NCBI GenBank assembly: GCA_051362555.1
Contig: CM120644.1
Coordinates: 11,058,567-11,122,566, forward strand
DNA length: 64,000 nt
DNA from: Lingula anatina
Taxonomy: Eukaryota > Animalia > Brachiopoda
Reading direction: 5' to 3'
Shown: in pieces, positions 12,640-27,607 of the stretch
Layout of the letters: each line of letters starts with the position of its first letter
Position numbering within the stretch: position 1 is the stretch's first letter
The notes under the pieces: model-generated
Told to the model about the DNA's origin: nothing
Database searches by the model: none
Seen by the model: the letters and a program-made list of their open reading frames with translations, nothing else
Made by a program: the position numbers and the translations under genes

Positions 12640-15600
12640 CTGGTCTCTCATCACTCATCCTTACTCTTGTAGCTTTTCTTCATTCAGTTATGATCAGATA
12701 TTGTTCTTTATACCCATCTTTAGAGATTGATAGATTTCAAATTATTAACCAGGTTACCTGTGTGAGAGAAATAACTAATGATGTTTTGCACCGAACACAG
12801 CCCTATACAACATCAGCTGGTAAATTACTTCACACACCCTTAATTATACGAACTTCAAGGAATAATTACGAAATATAAGATAACTTAAACATTAACCTTG
12901 ACCTTAACCTCTAACACTGAATAGCAGATATGTCATTACCATATACACACACACGCACAGGCGGATAAATCTATTTTCTTACCTTTACTCTCAAGCAGGT
13001 GTCCACACAGCAATAAATTCTCTTTCATGTATATAAATATGAAAACCAATAACTTAAATTTGAATATGGAATGAATGAACTTATAAAGTGCAAATATGTA
13101 CTTGAATACAATCAGAATGGTCATTTGGGTTTTAGTACCGTGGTTACCAAATATACCATAAGGTCTTAGTCGTTGTATTAATGCACTTGTACCAAAATTA
13201 ATAAATAAAATGAAAAAAAAAATCAACTAATTAATTACAACCATTGATGTAATGTAGACTATATTTCAGATTTAGTTGGTAACTTAGGTCTCGTATGAAC
13301 TGGCATCAGAAACACAATACCAACACAAAACCAAATTAATAAACCTCAGATGTCTTCTTTATTTTAGTTTAATTTCCTTGATGATCACTTATTTCACTCT
13401 GAGAATCTTGTTCTCATTAAGAACCTTTCAAGACGGCTATCAAACCATAAATTAAGGTATTGGAAATATTCTGATATACATCATCATATAAGTCAAGTTT
13501 GACGGCTAGCTCTCATAAAAATGTAAATTTATATTAAAATTAAGTGCAAACCCAGACACACAAGGCTGTAATTTCTAGAGTGCAGAAGGTGATGCTAAAT
13601 ACGGGTAATATTATATTGTCTGGTAGATAATTATATGTACATTTTTATATCCTTCACAGATTATCTCACGAAACTGTATAAACACAGATAATGATAAATA
13701 GGGAGAAAAAGTCTGTCCATCAGTCATCCTTCAATGAAATCTAACCATTTCTAAATAATTTTAAACAAATCCAAGTAAGTTTCAAATATTTGTTCTTACA
13801 TGAGAGGGAGAAATCCTCCAAAAGTTAAAAATCTATGAATCCCTGACATCTGGATCTCCTGCAGCGCAGACCCTACCAGGGGACCTCATCTGCAGATGGA
13901 ACACTACTGCAGAACATGCAACTTTCACCAAAAACTGATAAATTTTACATCTGGCAGAGAAAATGAAAACAACTGTAGGCTGAAACTAATCAACAGAAGG
14001 ATTTTTTTGTGTCAAAAGTAAAGATTGGTTTAGGAAATGTCCACTTTGGTCAGTTTTAACTAACTTTCTGAAAAATCACATGCACTATGGTAATTTGTCA
14101 GCATGTGAAAAAACAAAACCAGAACTAAAGTCTCTTTTTCATCAGTTGTATAATATCACCGATCACCAGAAAAAAATTAAACTTACCTTGCTGAAACAAA
14201 ATCTTATCATGACCATCAGCTAGCTAGGCCAGGTTCACACAGGGTGTGACTAGAATCAGTTCAGAACTAAATTATAGCAATCATATAATGGATGCTCTGT
14301 TGATCATAACCTTACTCCCTAGTGTGAACTCGGCTTTAAATAGGAATCCCATGATAGCATGCATCTTCTCCAGGCAACAACTCGTTTTTAGCACCGTATC
14401 TATCTGTGATCTCAATTCTGTAAACGCTTCTGGGATGTAATTACTATTGGACAAAAATAAAACACCTTGACAGAAGGAAATGAGAAGATTTCACTTCTCT
14501 CTGATCATTTGCTGCCAATTTGTCCAAACAGGAGCAGCTGCTTATTTCTTTTTCTAAACCCAGATTTTAGAACCAGGCAAGTTATGAAAAGTTTATGCAT
14601 GTGTCAATTTCATGGCACTGCAGATTACAAGGTTCATGCTTTGAGGGGTGGTTTCTTGATTTTTTTTTTCAGGCGCTCTTTGCTCCTTCATTTCACACCC
14701 TTTATTCAAATCTGAAACCAAATATTTAAAAGATTTAAGAGAAAAACAGCTCCTGGCTAAAAAGTAAGAATTCTCAAAAATAAACACTCACTCCCAAGCT
14801 ACTCCATAATTTACGCTACAGCAGGGGCTAAATACACCCAGCTTACCAAATAAAAATGACAAACTCCTGAATAATCTTAATACCAAAACTATGAAAAATT
14901 TATCATCTCTTAAAACTTTTCACCACCCTCCTCAACTAGATCATAAAGAAATAAATTAAATATGGGAGGAGCTCCTGATAAAAGATCTCCATGTTCTTCT
15001 TTTCACTGATCTTAAAGCATCAATTATTTTTTTGTTTTATTACAGGACTATTTTTTTCTTCTTCTCTCTTAAGTCAAAACCTCTTCTTACAGTGTAAGAA
15101 ATCTTTCACTTTTACTGTAAACCCAACTCATCATTTCCATCTAGACTAACATGCAAGAATCTCTCGCATATCTCCTGGAAGGATAACAAAACATTTTACT
15201 TCCACAAGAAAAGAAGAAAAATTTCACCTTTTATCCCAGCTGCAGAGATCTTCCCAGATTTCTTTCTTCTTGACAATATTCCTTCAAAAATGAACTCCAA
15301 GCTGAGCTTATATACATGTATCTACAAGTGTTCTTCCATACATTCTGGAGCCTGTGCACACAACCTGGCCCTTATTTCTTTCTGCAGTCTAAAAATTCTC
15401 CAGAGTCCTCTCACGTACACAGAGCATATTATATAAAATTTAAAAATATCTGATGTCTGTGATCTCTCCCACTTGATTAAGATCAGGAAGAGGAGAAATA
15501 CAATACTACACAGTATGAAGAGCTCACGTCTTTGGGCACACGCAAAATTCAACTCTTTCAACAGTACAGAAAATAGAAGCAACTGATTAAGTTCCCTGAA

Positions 15601-18600
15601 CGTGAACTCCTCTTCTCTGAAGACCTGTGGTTTTGGAATATAAGACCCCTGACCAAAGATATCAACAGTTCAGGAAACTTCTTGGCGGGCGCTGTGTCTG
15701 TATTAACAGCCGATATACTGCATGTGCAGAGACTAGCGAACATCAGCTTCTAGCCCCAACACCCCGTTGTTATCTGTTGAGTAACAACCTCTCCTGCAGC
15801 GTTTGTTTAGGACTGAGGCTCTGAATGCTAAAATACAAAAGTCATTAAGCCTATTTGCCTTGATAAAGCCATCCTCATGTTCAGTATTTAGTTTAAGTGA
15901 GGCGTCAGGTGATAAAACACAAAGTTAATCCTGTGACCTATGGCTCATAATGCGATAACATCTCCTGCAGCGTGTGTTTAGTATCGGGGCTGTAGAAGAT
16001 AAAATACAAGTCACGAGATGTTCAAAACTATACTGTTTTAAGACTGAACATGATAAACTGTATCCAGGATGAAGACTGAGGTCTCCATGGGGGTGGTGTT
16101 GTACAGAAGTCACAGAGGGTAAAATACGTGTCCTGGTAAGTTCAGCAGCCTGACCTGAATTGGGGTTACAAATGGTAAAAAACACACTGTGAAAGGACAA
16201 ATCTTCAATATTTCTGGTTAAGGCACTACTATGCTTTGTGTGTAAATTAAAAAAGAAAAAAAAAAAAAAACTGAGATCAAAAACTTTTCACTGAGTTTCC
16301 TAAACTGGTGGATCATTATTTATATACTCGACTGGAGGGGAAGGGGGCAGATAAGCTAGTCCCTCAAACTACTAATTAACACAAATCAATGAAAGAACAG
16401 GTATTAGGTAAAAGTAGATATTTTTATAGAGCTGTCTTTTTATTGCTATAGTGACTACTAGTGGCTTTGTGATCTGTTTGTCTGTATCTACTGAGGTCAT
16501 AAAACACTTGATAAAGCAGGCTCTTTTCTTATCTCATATTATACCAAGTCCAACCTCTTAATTCATAACTGGCACTTGTTTAAGATGGAATTTCCCAATA
16601 TAACATACATGTGGGAGAACTGATATCCAAGGGTGCTTTTTTTTCCAGTGTAAAATGAGTCTTCCCAGTGTTGGTTTCCTGGTAATTAAGTGTTAGATGC
16701 CAAACAAAATTGTGGAGATTTCCTCAGTGGACTTCTGCCTTTACTTTCAAGCTCTACACCGTGTGGCAGGTGCGTTTCCACCAAAAACTGACTCTTATAG
16801 TTGAGACCATCTTTTGATCTCAAATATGCATTTGATCCCCCCCAATGGTCATATTTATATCCTATTAAGCTTCTTATATTTACAAATTCAGACCTTAATG
16901 AATAGCAATAAAAACCCTAAAAAAGTTACTCTGAAGCATACATAGTGTCGATATTATCTTCTTAGCCTTCACAGGTAGCCATGACAGCTCAAATGTCTGT
17001 ATTATTTACCATAATCAAATTTAACATGGAATAAAACATTGCATAAGAGTGCAGAGATAGGCCAAGTGACAATTTGTGCACAGGAGAAAATTGCACTTTT
17101 TTCGAGGAAAATTAATTTTGGAGGGTAAATCCTGTAGAGAGTGCTTTAAGTCCTTCCATGATACAGAACCTAGAAACATAAATCAATTTAACAATTGTCT
17201 GAGGGATGAAGCAAATACAGACTCTGTCTGCTGTTTAAGATGTACCGACCCAAAGGAACGTCACTATCTCTTCCAGAAAGTAATGCTTCATGATCCTCTT
17301 TCCATCTCTGCTATTGTCATCTTTATCAACTTCATAAAATATTTACAAAAATCCAATTTAAAACCAGCCTATCCCAAACCCTTCCTTCCACTTCAAATGC
17401 TTTTACTTAGCAAAAGGGAAAATTGATTGAATTATCTCATGCAGATGACAGAAAATGGAACCTACCCTTGAGATTTTAGTTTTTGGTGCAACCACACTGG
17501 TGCATTCCAATTTTTTTTTTTTGAAAACATTTTCTAATGTTTGGGCTGTCTTCCATATTCAAATTGCTGCAATTTAAGATCATTCCAATAAAAAATCAAT
17601 AATCAATCAATAATAATCAATAATGTAATATAAAATTAGGTCCCCAATCAGCAGCTGTCAGGTTCAGGTAATCAACTTCACAGCTCTCGAAAAATATGCA
17701 GATCTTTGTCTATTACATCATTAGTCATTTCATTTTAATACCCCACCTGAAAAAATAGAGAATCCATATTTATACACCAGAGAGAAAACAAAGAACGCCT
17801 AATGAGGAGAAAAAAGCGAATCCTCTCTTGAGATTTTCCCCCTTTATTAATATTTCATTTTAAATTCCTGTGGCTTTCTTAAATTCCTTTCTCACATAAA
17901 AAGGAGGAAATTGCCCCCAAAAGGAGGAAAACTTGTCTTACCTGGCATCGTGTCTCATAAGATAAGAGATGTGGAAACATATTAATCCAACTGAATACTA
18001 CTCATTAAATATGCTGTCATCTGCTCATTAACCCGAAAAATCCTTGGGGCCAATTTTGCAACCACTATTTTAGAGTTTCTTTAGGTCTTTTTTCAACCTA
18101 GCTTCCAATTCAGATGTATGTAATTATATACAGCAAATACAGTTTCAATCAGATATTAATTACATGTATACCAGGTTTTGGAAAAGGCAAATATAAAATC
18201 AACAACCAGGGTTTTGTTGAAGTGAATATATACCATATTGCTGCAGGTACTAGAGAACATTAAATTTCTTTGTAAAGATGCCCAGATATTCCATAATTCT
18301 ACTAATATTCCTCAGCTATACGCTAAATACAACAGTCAAACCAGAAACTGTGGTTGTTCCACACACAAAAAAGTCCTTAAAAGAGTAACGCATCACTCAG
18401 TTCATTATATTACTTTTGACATAACATATCAGTACTTCATACACCACATGTAGTGTATTATTATCTCTTCACTTCATGCAATTTTGCTGCCGCCACCAGA
18501 GACGGATGGGACTGACATGTCTCAAAAGGTATGTGACAGATATGTATCTTATTGCATATGTCTTCCTAATATTGACTGAAAAAAAAATGAAAGCAATGTA

Positions 18601-20320
18601 AAAAGACTTTCTAAGGTCACGTTCATATGTACTACTAGCAGCACAGTCAATACTGAAAAATGGAATATTTGATGCCTGCAAATAACACAATGAGATGAAC
18701 TGCCAGACATAATAACTAAATAATGTCTTCTTGTCACCTACATATACAACATATATAGCATGATTGTTTAAACTAGATATAAACATACAATAATCTAACA
18801 GTAGGAAAAAAATGAAGTGACGTTCGTTAAACTGGGGTCTGAGGCCACTTCAGGTCAGAAAAAAAAATGCACAAATCAATATGGTGTATCTTTTTTAACC
18901 AAATCATCATTCATTTGGAGACAAATTAGATATTTCTCCGAAACTCAAATCAAGCTGACATGACTGCAGGTCTTTTGACAATTTCAGCATGCAGTTTATT
19001 TGGGTTTACCACAAGGTCAGGGCGTGACAGTTATTGTTATATAAATGTAATTGTTCTGTAAATAATCGCAAATAATTCAGTTCCCAATTTACGGGCAAGC
19101 AATTTTTCTTTGCCCACTGGGGAATATAACAATTGCCCCCTAGAGAGAGAAAGAGAGGGAGGGAGAGAGAAATATCACAAACAACATTTCTTCACCCACT
19201 GGAGAATATAAAAATTGCCCCCTAGAGAGAGAGGGAGGGAGAAATATCATGCAAAGTTGGAATTGTATGGTACAGTAAGAATAGAAGCCACATCCATAAT
19301 TACAAATGTAAGTTAATTTACTTTTACACACTGACAAAAGCCACTAATTGTTTTATTAATATAATGCCATCAGAACCAACACAGAGACTTTCTACAAAGC
19401 GAGAAAACTCACCATATGCACCAAACTTGCATAATCAATCAACATTAACAAAAAAGATTTTTTAAATTAAAACTCAGACTGTTTAAAATTAAGACCAGGG
19501 TAATGAATATACTCTCAATAATATGACACAAGAAATAATACACCAATGAGTACAGATCATAACAAATAAATCAATCAATTCATTATCAGAAATATGTAAA
19601 ATAAGTGAAGGATCAGACAAAAAAAAAAAAATGAGTAAAGAAATTTCAAAGCTGATATAAAAGCAAGCACTGGAAGTGAACCACCCCCTTCACATCTATT
19701 TTCTAACACAAATATATCACCCACAAACAAATCATCTATGTACATTTAATATCTCAGAAACTACATCAACAGCGCTTCACTACACTGCACTTCATTACAC
19801 TTCACTTCACTTAGCCTTATTTCATCAACAAAACCTAAGTCCACAAATTGAAAGCCTCTTGATGAGAAAAGAGAATGATCACTGAGAAAATGAGCAATGT
19901 ATACTGAACAACTTTTATTGAAAACACTGCATTGGCACTATGGTTCATTGAAACGGCTTTTAGACAAGCTAAGAAAAGGCTGGGCTTTTGCCGTGACTAA
20001 AATCAGAACGACAGATCTGTACCTAGTGTAAACACATCGCCATATCATTGTAATCTAAACAGACATAGTGAGATGGCCACAATAGAAGTGTATGGGATAT
20101 TGTTAGACATTCTCAGCCTGTTATTACTGACAGCTTCAAATTAAAGCCGATATAATGACAGCAAAACTCATCACTTTACATTACTTAATACTTGTTTATC
20201 GCCACACGGATATTGTGCCCAGATCAAAGCTGCCAGATACTGGGAAAATGATGGAATGATGCTCTGATAATCAGTGCTGATGGGAATTTCACATGTACTA
20301 AATAAAGGATCTCTTGAGGT

Positions 20321-20326
<6 letters not shown>

Positions 20327-20409
<83 letters not shown>
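20327..20409. repeat. (GA)n microsatellite
   Basis: Pure GA run. Confidence 0.97.
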
Positions 20410-20412
<3 letters not shown>

Positions 20413-20908
20413 TTCAAAGAAAGATACAGGGAATGGACTTCAAAACTGTCAATACTTTTGGAAAATAGGAAAACGAAAGAGATGCAACTTTTCTGTTTGT
20501 GGTCTTTCAGCTGAATTTCTGTCTGATCCTTAATGCACACCCTTATCCTCAAAGATGAGCCTCATATCTAAAGAAAACACCAATGTGCATCTTGTTAGAT
20601 GTCATGTCACCTAATTGGTATTACGTTAACATTTATCATGATTAAAAAGCATATTATCATAAAACAAAGTTGTCTGCGTCTGCCAGAGTTGGAGCCAAGG
20701 AGGATCCGTCACTCCCATTAAGTTACATTCCTCCATCTTAATAAGGACCTTTTTTCATCTGATTTTGTCATTGCACTGAATATCAAACCAAAGTGAGAGA
20801 AACAAATTAGCATAAGTATGAACAGTATGAAGCTTAAAGCGTTCACACATGATAGAGGTAATACAATAAACAAACAAATAAATATAAATATAAATGTATA
20901 AAAAAACT

Positions 20909-22326
20909 AACAAGGCAGCAAAGCTGTCAAATGTACAGACAAAAAACAGGAAATAACTATGCACAAAATAGGCTACTGTCAATTCTGATGCAAAATTACA
21001 TTATGTTAAACTGCAAATTCAACATCAAATTTTAATTATGCTCAACAGGTAATACCAATGCAAGTAAAATGTGTAACAAGTTCACACTTTGAAAATGTAT
21101 AACTTCCAGAAAAAGAAGCCAATTAGACTGCTTTTCCAACTCATGCTGCATTTTAGTCCTGTATTTCTTTTTTTTTGAAAGTTTGGCAATCATAAGTAAC
21201 ATGGTTTTCCCATAATGGTCATCATGGCAGCAGCACCCAAAATTGTGTTTTCTTCTATTCTGATGCAATATTACATAATGGTTAACAGCATAATGACCAT
21301 CAATTTTTAATAATAAAATATACATATCATGGATTTTCAGAAAATGTGACTAGCATGGGTCTTCAAGCCAGTGGAACTTCAAAGTCACACCTTGAAAATG
21401 CCAATATGTGAAAAATTAAATTTTCACAAAAAAAAAAAAAACGTTTAACTGGCAGTAGGAATTACCAAACAGACTGCATTGCCTACTGAAGCTGTATTTT
21501 AGTCCCATGTTTCTTTCCTGCATTATCAATAGAATAGTGTTAAATGTCCAATTTCCTCCATTCTGAGATTCTGAACATAGTGAACGATTGAATCTGACAA
21601 ACTGCAATGATATGAGTTTATTTCCATTTTTGACACTTTATTACACAATACACGATAACAAGTTTACCATCATTTTTACATAATCAACTAACAATGTTGT
21701 AAAGATGCAGGAAATGTCAAACAAACACTTTTATGTATCTTATTTGTAAAATAATAAGACTGTTAACATGCCTAAGAATTGAATCTGAGGAAATGTGAAA
21801 AAACAGCATAACTTCCAAAATAATGGCCCGATTATGCTGATTTTTGAACTCAACCTGCGTTTTAGTAAGATTGACTAAAGTAATGACAATTGGCCTATCT
21901 GTTTTTCTTATATTGTGTTTACAGTGTTGCATATATGCTGAAAAATGAAAAAACAGCATAACTACTAAAATAGTGGCCCGATCATGCCGATTTTCGAACT
22001 TGACCTGCTTTTTAGTAAGATTGTTTACTCCTGTAAGTTTCATGACAACAGGCCTAACGGTTTTCCTTAAAATGTGTTTACAGGGTTGCATATATGCTGA
22101 AAAGTGAAAAAACAGCATAACTTCTACAATAATGGTCCGATCATGCTGATTTTCGAACTTGACCTGCATTTTATGAATATTCATCAGCTCTGTAAATATA
22201 AAGCCAAAAAGTAAAACTGCCCTCCACTTATCGTGTTTACAAGGAAAATGCACAGCGCCGGCATCGGCGACGACAGACTCAGGTGATGGCAATTTGTACA
22301 GACACATCTGTGTCTGTACATAAAAA
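20909..22326 (-). mobile_element. Helentron/HINE (DINE-1-like) non-autonomous rolling-circle element, copy 1
   Basis: On minus: T-run, terminal palindrome TGTACAGACAC-AGAT-GTGTCTGTACA, GC-rich microsatellite remnant, internal tandem units (aacagcataact...gcccgatcatg), subterminal repeat TGTCTGTACAT, short hairpin GACAGC-TTT-GCTGCC, T-rich flank; no TSD. Confidence 0.8.
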
Positions 22327-22502
22327 ATATGAATACTGTCTTAGAGAACTGTGTTACCTACTTTTCACAAATAAATAGACAAGTGCATAGATTCAATATT
22401 TCCATATAAAAATCGCTTGCCATCTTCCAGTCAGACTTGGTTGTGCCATTAAAATATTAACTCTTCTCTTCATCTGAGCTGCATAGTGAATTTTCTCTCT
22501 AA

Positions 22503-23590
22503 GGCCACACTTTTTTAATTTTATGGATGACATCCTGCGCGCGCACCGATTTTCGTCCGTTCTCCAAAAAAAAAAAAAAACCCCCCCCCCCCCCCCCCCC
22601 CAAGGAAGTCGGTTGTCGCAAACGTCGTTATTGAATTTGCCGGAAAATGCAATCGGCAATCCTCGGCTAATTCCGCAAGCTCCATGCTGTCATTGTCGAC
22701 TGCGGAGACATCCGAGTAGTTCCGAGTGCGGAAAATGAGCTTTCTGCGCATGAGTATTATCACCACGTGGAAATATGGCCGCTTTGCCGTCAAATTCATC
22801 TCTAGCATTAATTTCAAAATACACGACAATTAAAGTCATAAAGAGAACGGGGCCGTCGTTTTGGATTGGTTTGCCATTGATATTGGACATGGAGATATCC
22901 CCTTTTTACAATTATACGAAAGGCTGGCCGCGACCAGCGATCATCGCCCGGAAAATTTCAGTGACATTCTGTCCAAAGCAGCACATAGGCTTACCAGGGT
23001 TTTTTTTTTGTAGCGAAAAAAAGGGTCGACAAGAGCGTCGTGGAATTTGGTGGACTGAAGGTCGGACAGGCCACCCGATAGTTGACTGCTACGTGTGAGT
23101 CGAAGTAGACAAAATGGCATCGACCGAAATTACGTTTTTTAGATTTGGTAGTAGGAAGCATAGGCCTATCTTTGCTTCATTTTTTAACAATTCTGAGAAG
23201 TGTTCACAATGCTTAAATTTTCTGAGAGTACAAATAAAGACACGCTGTTTATTTGATATTTGTTTTATTGATTGCTATACCAACAGAATGCATGAAATGA
23301 CCTTAAATAGATTTGGTAATATGCAGCATAGGCCCTATATATATTCATGACTTTTTACCTTTCTATGAAGTAGGCCCTTTTCACAATGCTTTAATATTTT
23401 GAGAGCATGGATAAAGACATGTTGTTAGTTTGATACGTGTTTCTGTGGTAAATTAGTGTTTCCAGCTGTGTACTGAAAACATAACTTTTCTTAAGCAATT
23501 TTTTTTTTTGGACTGTTTTTTTTTTCGCCCGCTCGCACCGATTTTGGGGTCCCCAGAGGATGTCATCCATAAAAATAAAAAAGTGTGGCC
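22503..23590. mobile_element. 1.09-kb non-autonomous TIR DNA transposon, TAA TSD
   Basis: ~34-bp TIR GGCCACACTTTTTTAATTTTATGGATGACATCCT / AGGATGTCATCCATAAAAATAAAAAAGTGTGGCC with TAA on both sides; CpG-rich interior, no transposase ORF. Confidence 0.85.
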
Positions 23591-25772
23591 TAACCTTTGT
23601 GCACTTCAATCTTTAAAGAAGGAAAAAATACTGTCTGCACTTAGGGACATGTTTTTAATGCTTCAGGGATCTACCTCAGCATTTTGCACCAAGTTTGCTT
23701 TGATTTTGTGCATTTTTTTATAACTTAATAGCATAATAACACTGACAAATGCCACCCACCTTTATACTATGCCAGATAAAAGACCAATTTATCAACCCTA
23801 AATGTATCAATCATACTTAGCGTCCTCCTCTTTGCTACCCATCCTATAACTAATTGTTCATATCACTATCTAATTACGTACTTTTCAGCACATTTAAAAG
23901 CATTTTCTCGAAGATGGATTACGGTTAAAATTGATAGCTATTTGTGCAATTTAAATTATGTATACACATTCAAATACGTTTAGGTGCATAACAGGTGAAT
24001 GAAATATACATGAGAGAGAGAGAGAATATTATGAAAAATCTAAAAAAAAGTGAGATCCAGTCTAATGATCAAAATTGATCCACTGATCAAATTCTTCTAG
24101 ATAAATTCTCTGCAAAAATTTATACTTACTGGAGTCTAATCACTGATGTAATCTAATTATGAAACAATAATGATTGATAAACTTCAAGCTACCTCAATAA
24201 GATAGGTGCCAGAATTCTTTCAAGGCAAAAATGGAACATTTATTCACTATAGAAGAGCGAAAAAATGACAGACACAGGTACGATAGAGCCTCTCCTTCCA
24301 TGTTGAATGTGTGGTCGGTTAGATCATAAACCATAGGAAATTTCATATGCCTCATTCTCTCTCTCTCTCTTTCTCTCTCTCTCTCCAACACACACATGCA
24401 AGCACACATTCACATACATGCACATACGTGTGCATGCATGCATGCACATACACACACACACATGCACACACACCCTTATGACTAACCACTCCACATGTGT
24501 ATGGAAACTGTTTAAGCTAAACCCAATGTGAACTGGTCTTATGGCTAGTCAGACCCGATACTATCTCAGAGACGAAGAAGATATATCTAAGAGACAGTCC
24601 CAGTCAGCTTCCTTTCCTTCTCTCAGATAAAATTGATCTGGTCTACCAGGAAGACATATTGATTTAAACGTCAACATATCACATGCTATGAAGAAATATG
24701 ATACGAACAAAGAATTTTTATAACTTTGTCCTAAATCAGTGGCAAGGTTTTATTTATTGAGATAATACCGAGATTATTGAATTTGTATATCTTTGGACTT
24801 TTCAAGGTAAACTAACTTTAGTGTCTTAGTGATTTTTTCCCATTAATTTGAATTGTGTTAGTTGTGACAAAACGTAACTTAACTGCAGATTTGTTTTCTA
24901 ATGAGGGACAGTTGTGTACCAGCGGAGGGTCTAGTTCTAATAAAGCTAGTAACTTCACTGCTGTCTAGTTGTTGTTGTATTCTTGCTTGTGACATGGGTA
25001 TCACCCCAATGGCTGGCAAGCCCAGAAAGCAGTGTGCACTGAATATATTTTTTAATTTTGTCCAATTTGAGAAAAAAAAACACATAGTCACCTAAGACAA
25101 CTGCATGCTGGGAATAAGATCGTAAAAAAAAAAAAAAAAAAAAAAAAATCAATTTCATTACCCAATATAGGTTTGTGCTATTTAGACATATCAAATATTA
25201 TCCATAAACTCCGAAAAGGATGTTGGATTAACATTAGATACTTATTGAACCTTGAGGATTGAGTTAAAATGGTAAAATTAAAATACATCAATAAGTAGGG
25301 CGTTTGAAATTTAAGAGAGCTTACCATGGGCTTCAGAAAGCTCTAATGTCATAAATGCCAGCCTTATATTAAGAATAAAAAAATATCTAAAAGAAACATC
25401 AAAGAAAAGCCTATGTTCTACATACTAATTATCACAAAGTGCTACTGCTCCAGGTTTCACCTAGTATCAGAAAAGCTTAGCGAAGATAAAAGGAAAAAAA
25501 TTTACAAAGAGAGACTTCCTTGGGGAGATGTCTTCATGACAATTTAGTCAGAATGCTGTCACCTTCATGAGGGAAGCGATCTGGTTGCCAAAACAATATA
25601 ATATTCTGAAAACAGCATGCAGAAAAGAGGAGAGTGAACCACAAAATGGCTTCATTTTCTTCAGCCTAAAAAAGAAAGAGCCACTTAACATTTAAGATCA
25701 ATGTTCATTACATTCATTCAATACTTAATACAACCCATCAATTTTTTTCCAAGACATAAAATAATATCCAAT

Positions 25773-25809
<37 letters not shown>

Positions 25810-26355
25810 GTACCAATGTCTTTTACTTGTGCCAAATATGTGAACCAATTCACAATGTTATCGACAATGCCAGCTAAATATATGGTGCTGCAGTACTGAA
25901 GAACCTTTCCATCATAGCTCTGGTTCAGGAAAGGTGAGAAAATATTAACCTTTGTCTTGAGAGCACTCTGGTGTGCTGAGAATTATTATCTATCCCACAG
26001 CGCCAGAACAAAAATAAAAAAATAAAATAAAATAATAATAATAGCCACGGCACAAAAACAAGCAGTTTCCATTATGATTATCAAAAACACGATATTTTCA
26101 TTTTCTTAATTTATCAAAATAACTATACTTACATGCCAAGCACAGACCACCTAAAATATATCATTTCATTTTATTTATAGCCCACAAGTCAGTGACCAGC
26201 CAGGATAATATCTCCACTGTTTCATGTCAGTTTATCTCTGAATTACTGGTGCAGATAATTTTATTACACACCTCGTTTTATTTCATGTTTCTATTTGAGT
26301 TGGTAACTCAACAGATGCTTACTCTGCTATGAAAACTGACCTTTCCATGTGCTTA

Positions 26356-26358
<3 letters not shown>

Positions 26359-26399
<41 letters not shown>
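26359..26399. repeat. (TG)n microsatellite
   Basis: Pure TG run. Confidence 0.95.
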
Positions 26400-26402
<3 letters not shown>

Positions 26403-27607
26403 CGTGCGGGTATATAGAAGTGTGTTCATGTGTGTATGTGTACATGCATGCAAATATGTGCTTTCATGTGTGTGCGTGCACATGCATAAGCATGTTTAAA
26501 ACATAAATAACCGTAACAAAATTACACCCACATCCTGTACTTACCACTGAATGTTCAGTGGAACTGTTTCCAGAAATTTCCAGACACCACCAAGGACACA
26601 AACTGATGACGAGCTCTCTGTCACTGCCCGTCTTTATACATCAAACAAATCCCAAGTGTTAAACCTCACTGACGTCCTCCTCTTCTTCCCTCATATCTGA
26701 AACAAAGTAAATGACAGAGGTCAAAATATATCAAGGCATATGTCAAATTAGATAATAAATCTACTTTGTCTGTGCATAGGGAAATCATGAAACTATCCTC
26801 CCATGTATAATGGGGTGCCATTTGTGTTACAGTAGCTCTAATAATAGGTGTCATTTAGGACAATTTTGGATATTGCTGGAAGTAAGATTAATATATCACA
26901 TTGGGTAATATATGAGCCTCGTTATCTGTGCTTGGCCCAAGGGAGTATATTATACTGGGGCGAAGTGTTTGCCCTGATTTGCTTTTATTGGCTAAAATAA
27001 ACGTTTTATTATCATTGGCTAATCTATTATTGATGTGGCTCACAATTTCATTTGTCAGTGCAGTGCAATGTTAATATCTGAAATATTAGCAAATTGCTTC
27101 CTGTTTCTGATTATTGGATTTTAATATCGTATCTCATTTCTTTCGAAATTTTTTTACCTCCTTTTCATGAATCATTGCTCGAGTCATTCCAGAAATTTCC
27201 TTTAATATTTCCAATTAAATAACTTGGTTTAACAAATCATTATTCTTTTAGACCTTCAGGTCTTTCCATCAAATTAGAAGGAACTATTGAAACCTTGTAC
27301 TTGCATTTGACATAATGAGGGGTTTTGTCTTTACTGAGGTCTGAATTGGGATGTTTCTTTGCAGGAAATTTAGACTGATAAATTATGACTACATATGCAT
27401 CATTTCTATTATTCATTAGCTTGAAATGGTCCGCTGCAAATTGAGTTTTCTAAAAATGAAATATGTAATTAATACGTTTTGTTAACAATTCTGTTATTCA
27501 CTTTAATACATGTGAAACATATCAAATGGCACTCGGGGGTTTAAATGGATGTACTAGTAAATAAAGCAATCATATATATATAATTTATTTCTCCTATGTG
27601 ACTTTTA

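Noticed and set aside
15590-16015. ~53-codon plus-strand open frame and a ~60-bp diverged duplication (15785 vs 15958)
   Set aside because: No start, splice support or recognisable motif; the duplication is old and short.
17937-17950. CTTACCTGGC resembling the U1 snRNA 5' end
   Set aside because: No downstream U1 sequence; it is just the complement of a donor-like motif.
21717-22307. 196-aa ORF with paralogues at 31428, 32493, 32631 and 33432
   Set aside because: Lies within the Helentron tandem units; frames are not preserved between copies; no recognisable domain.
26890-27590. Possible Crypton-like non-autonomous element (similar impression at ~49920-50350)
   Set aside because: No termini or second copy that I can demonstrate within the window.
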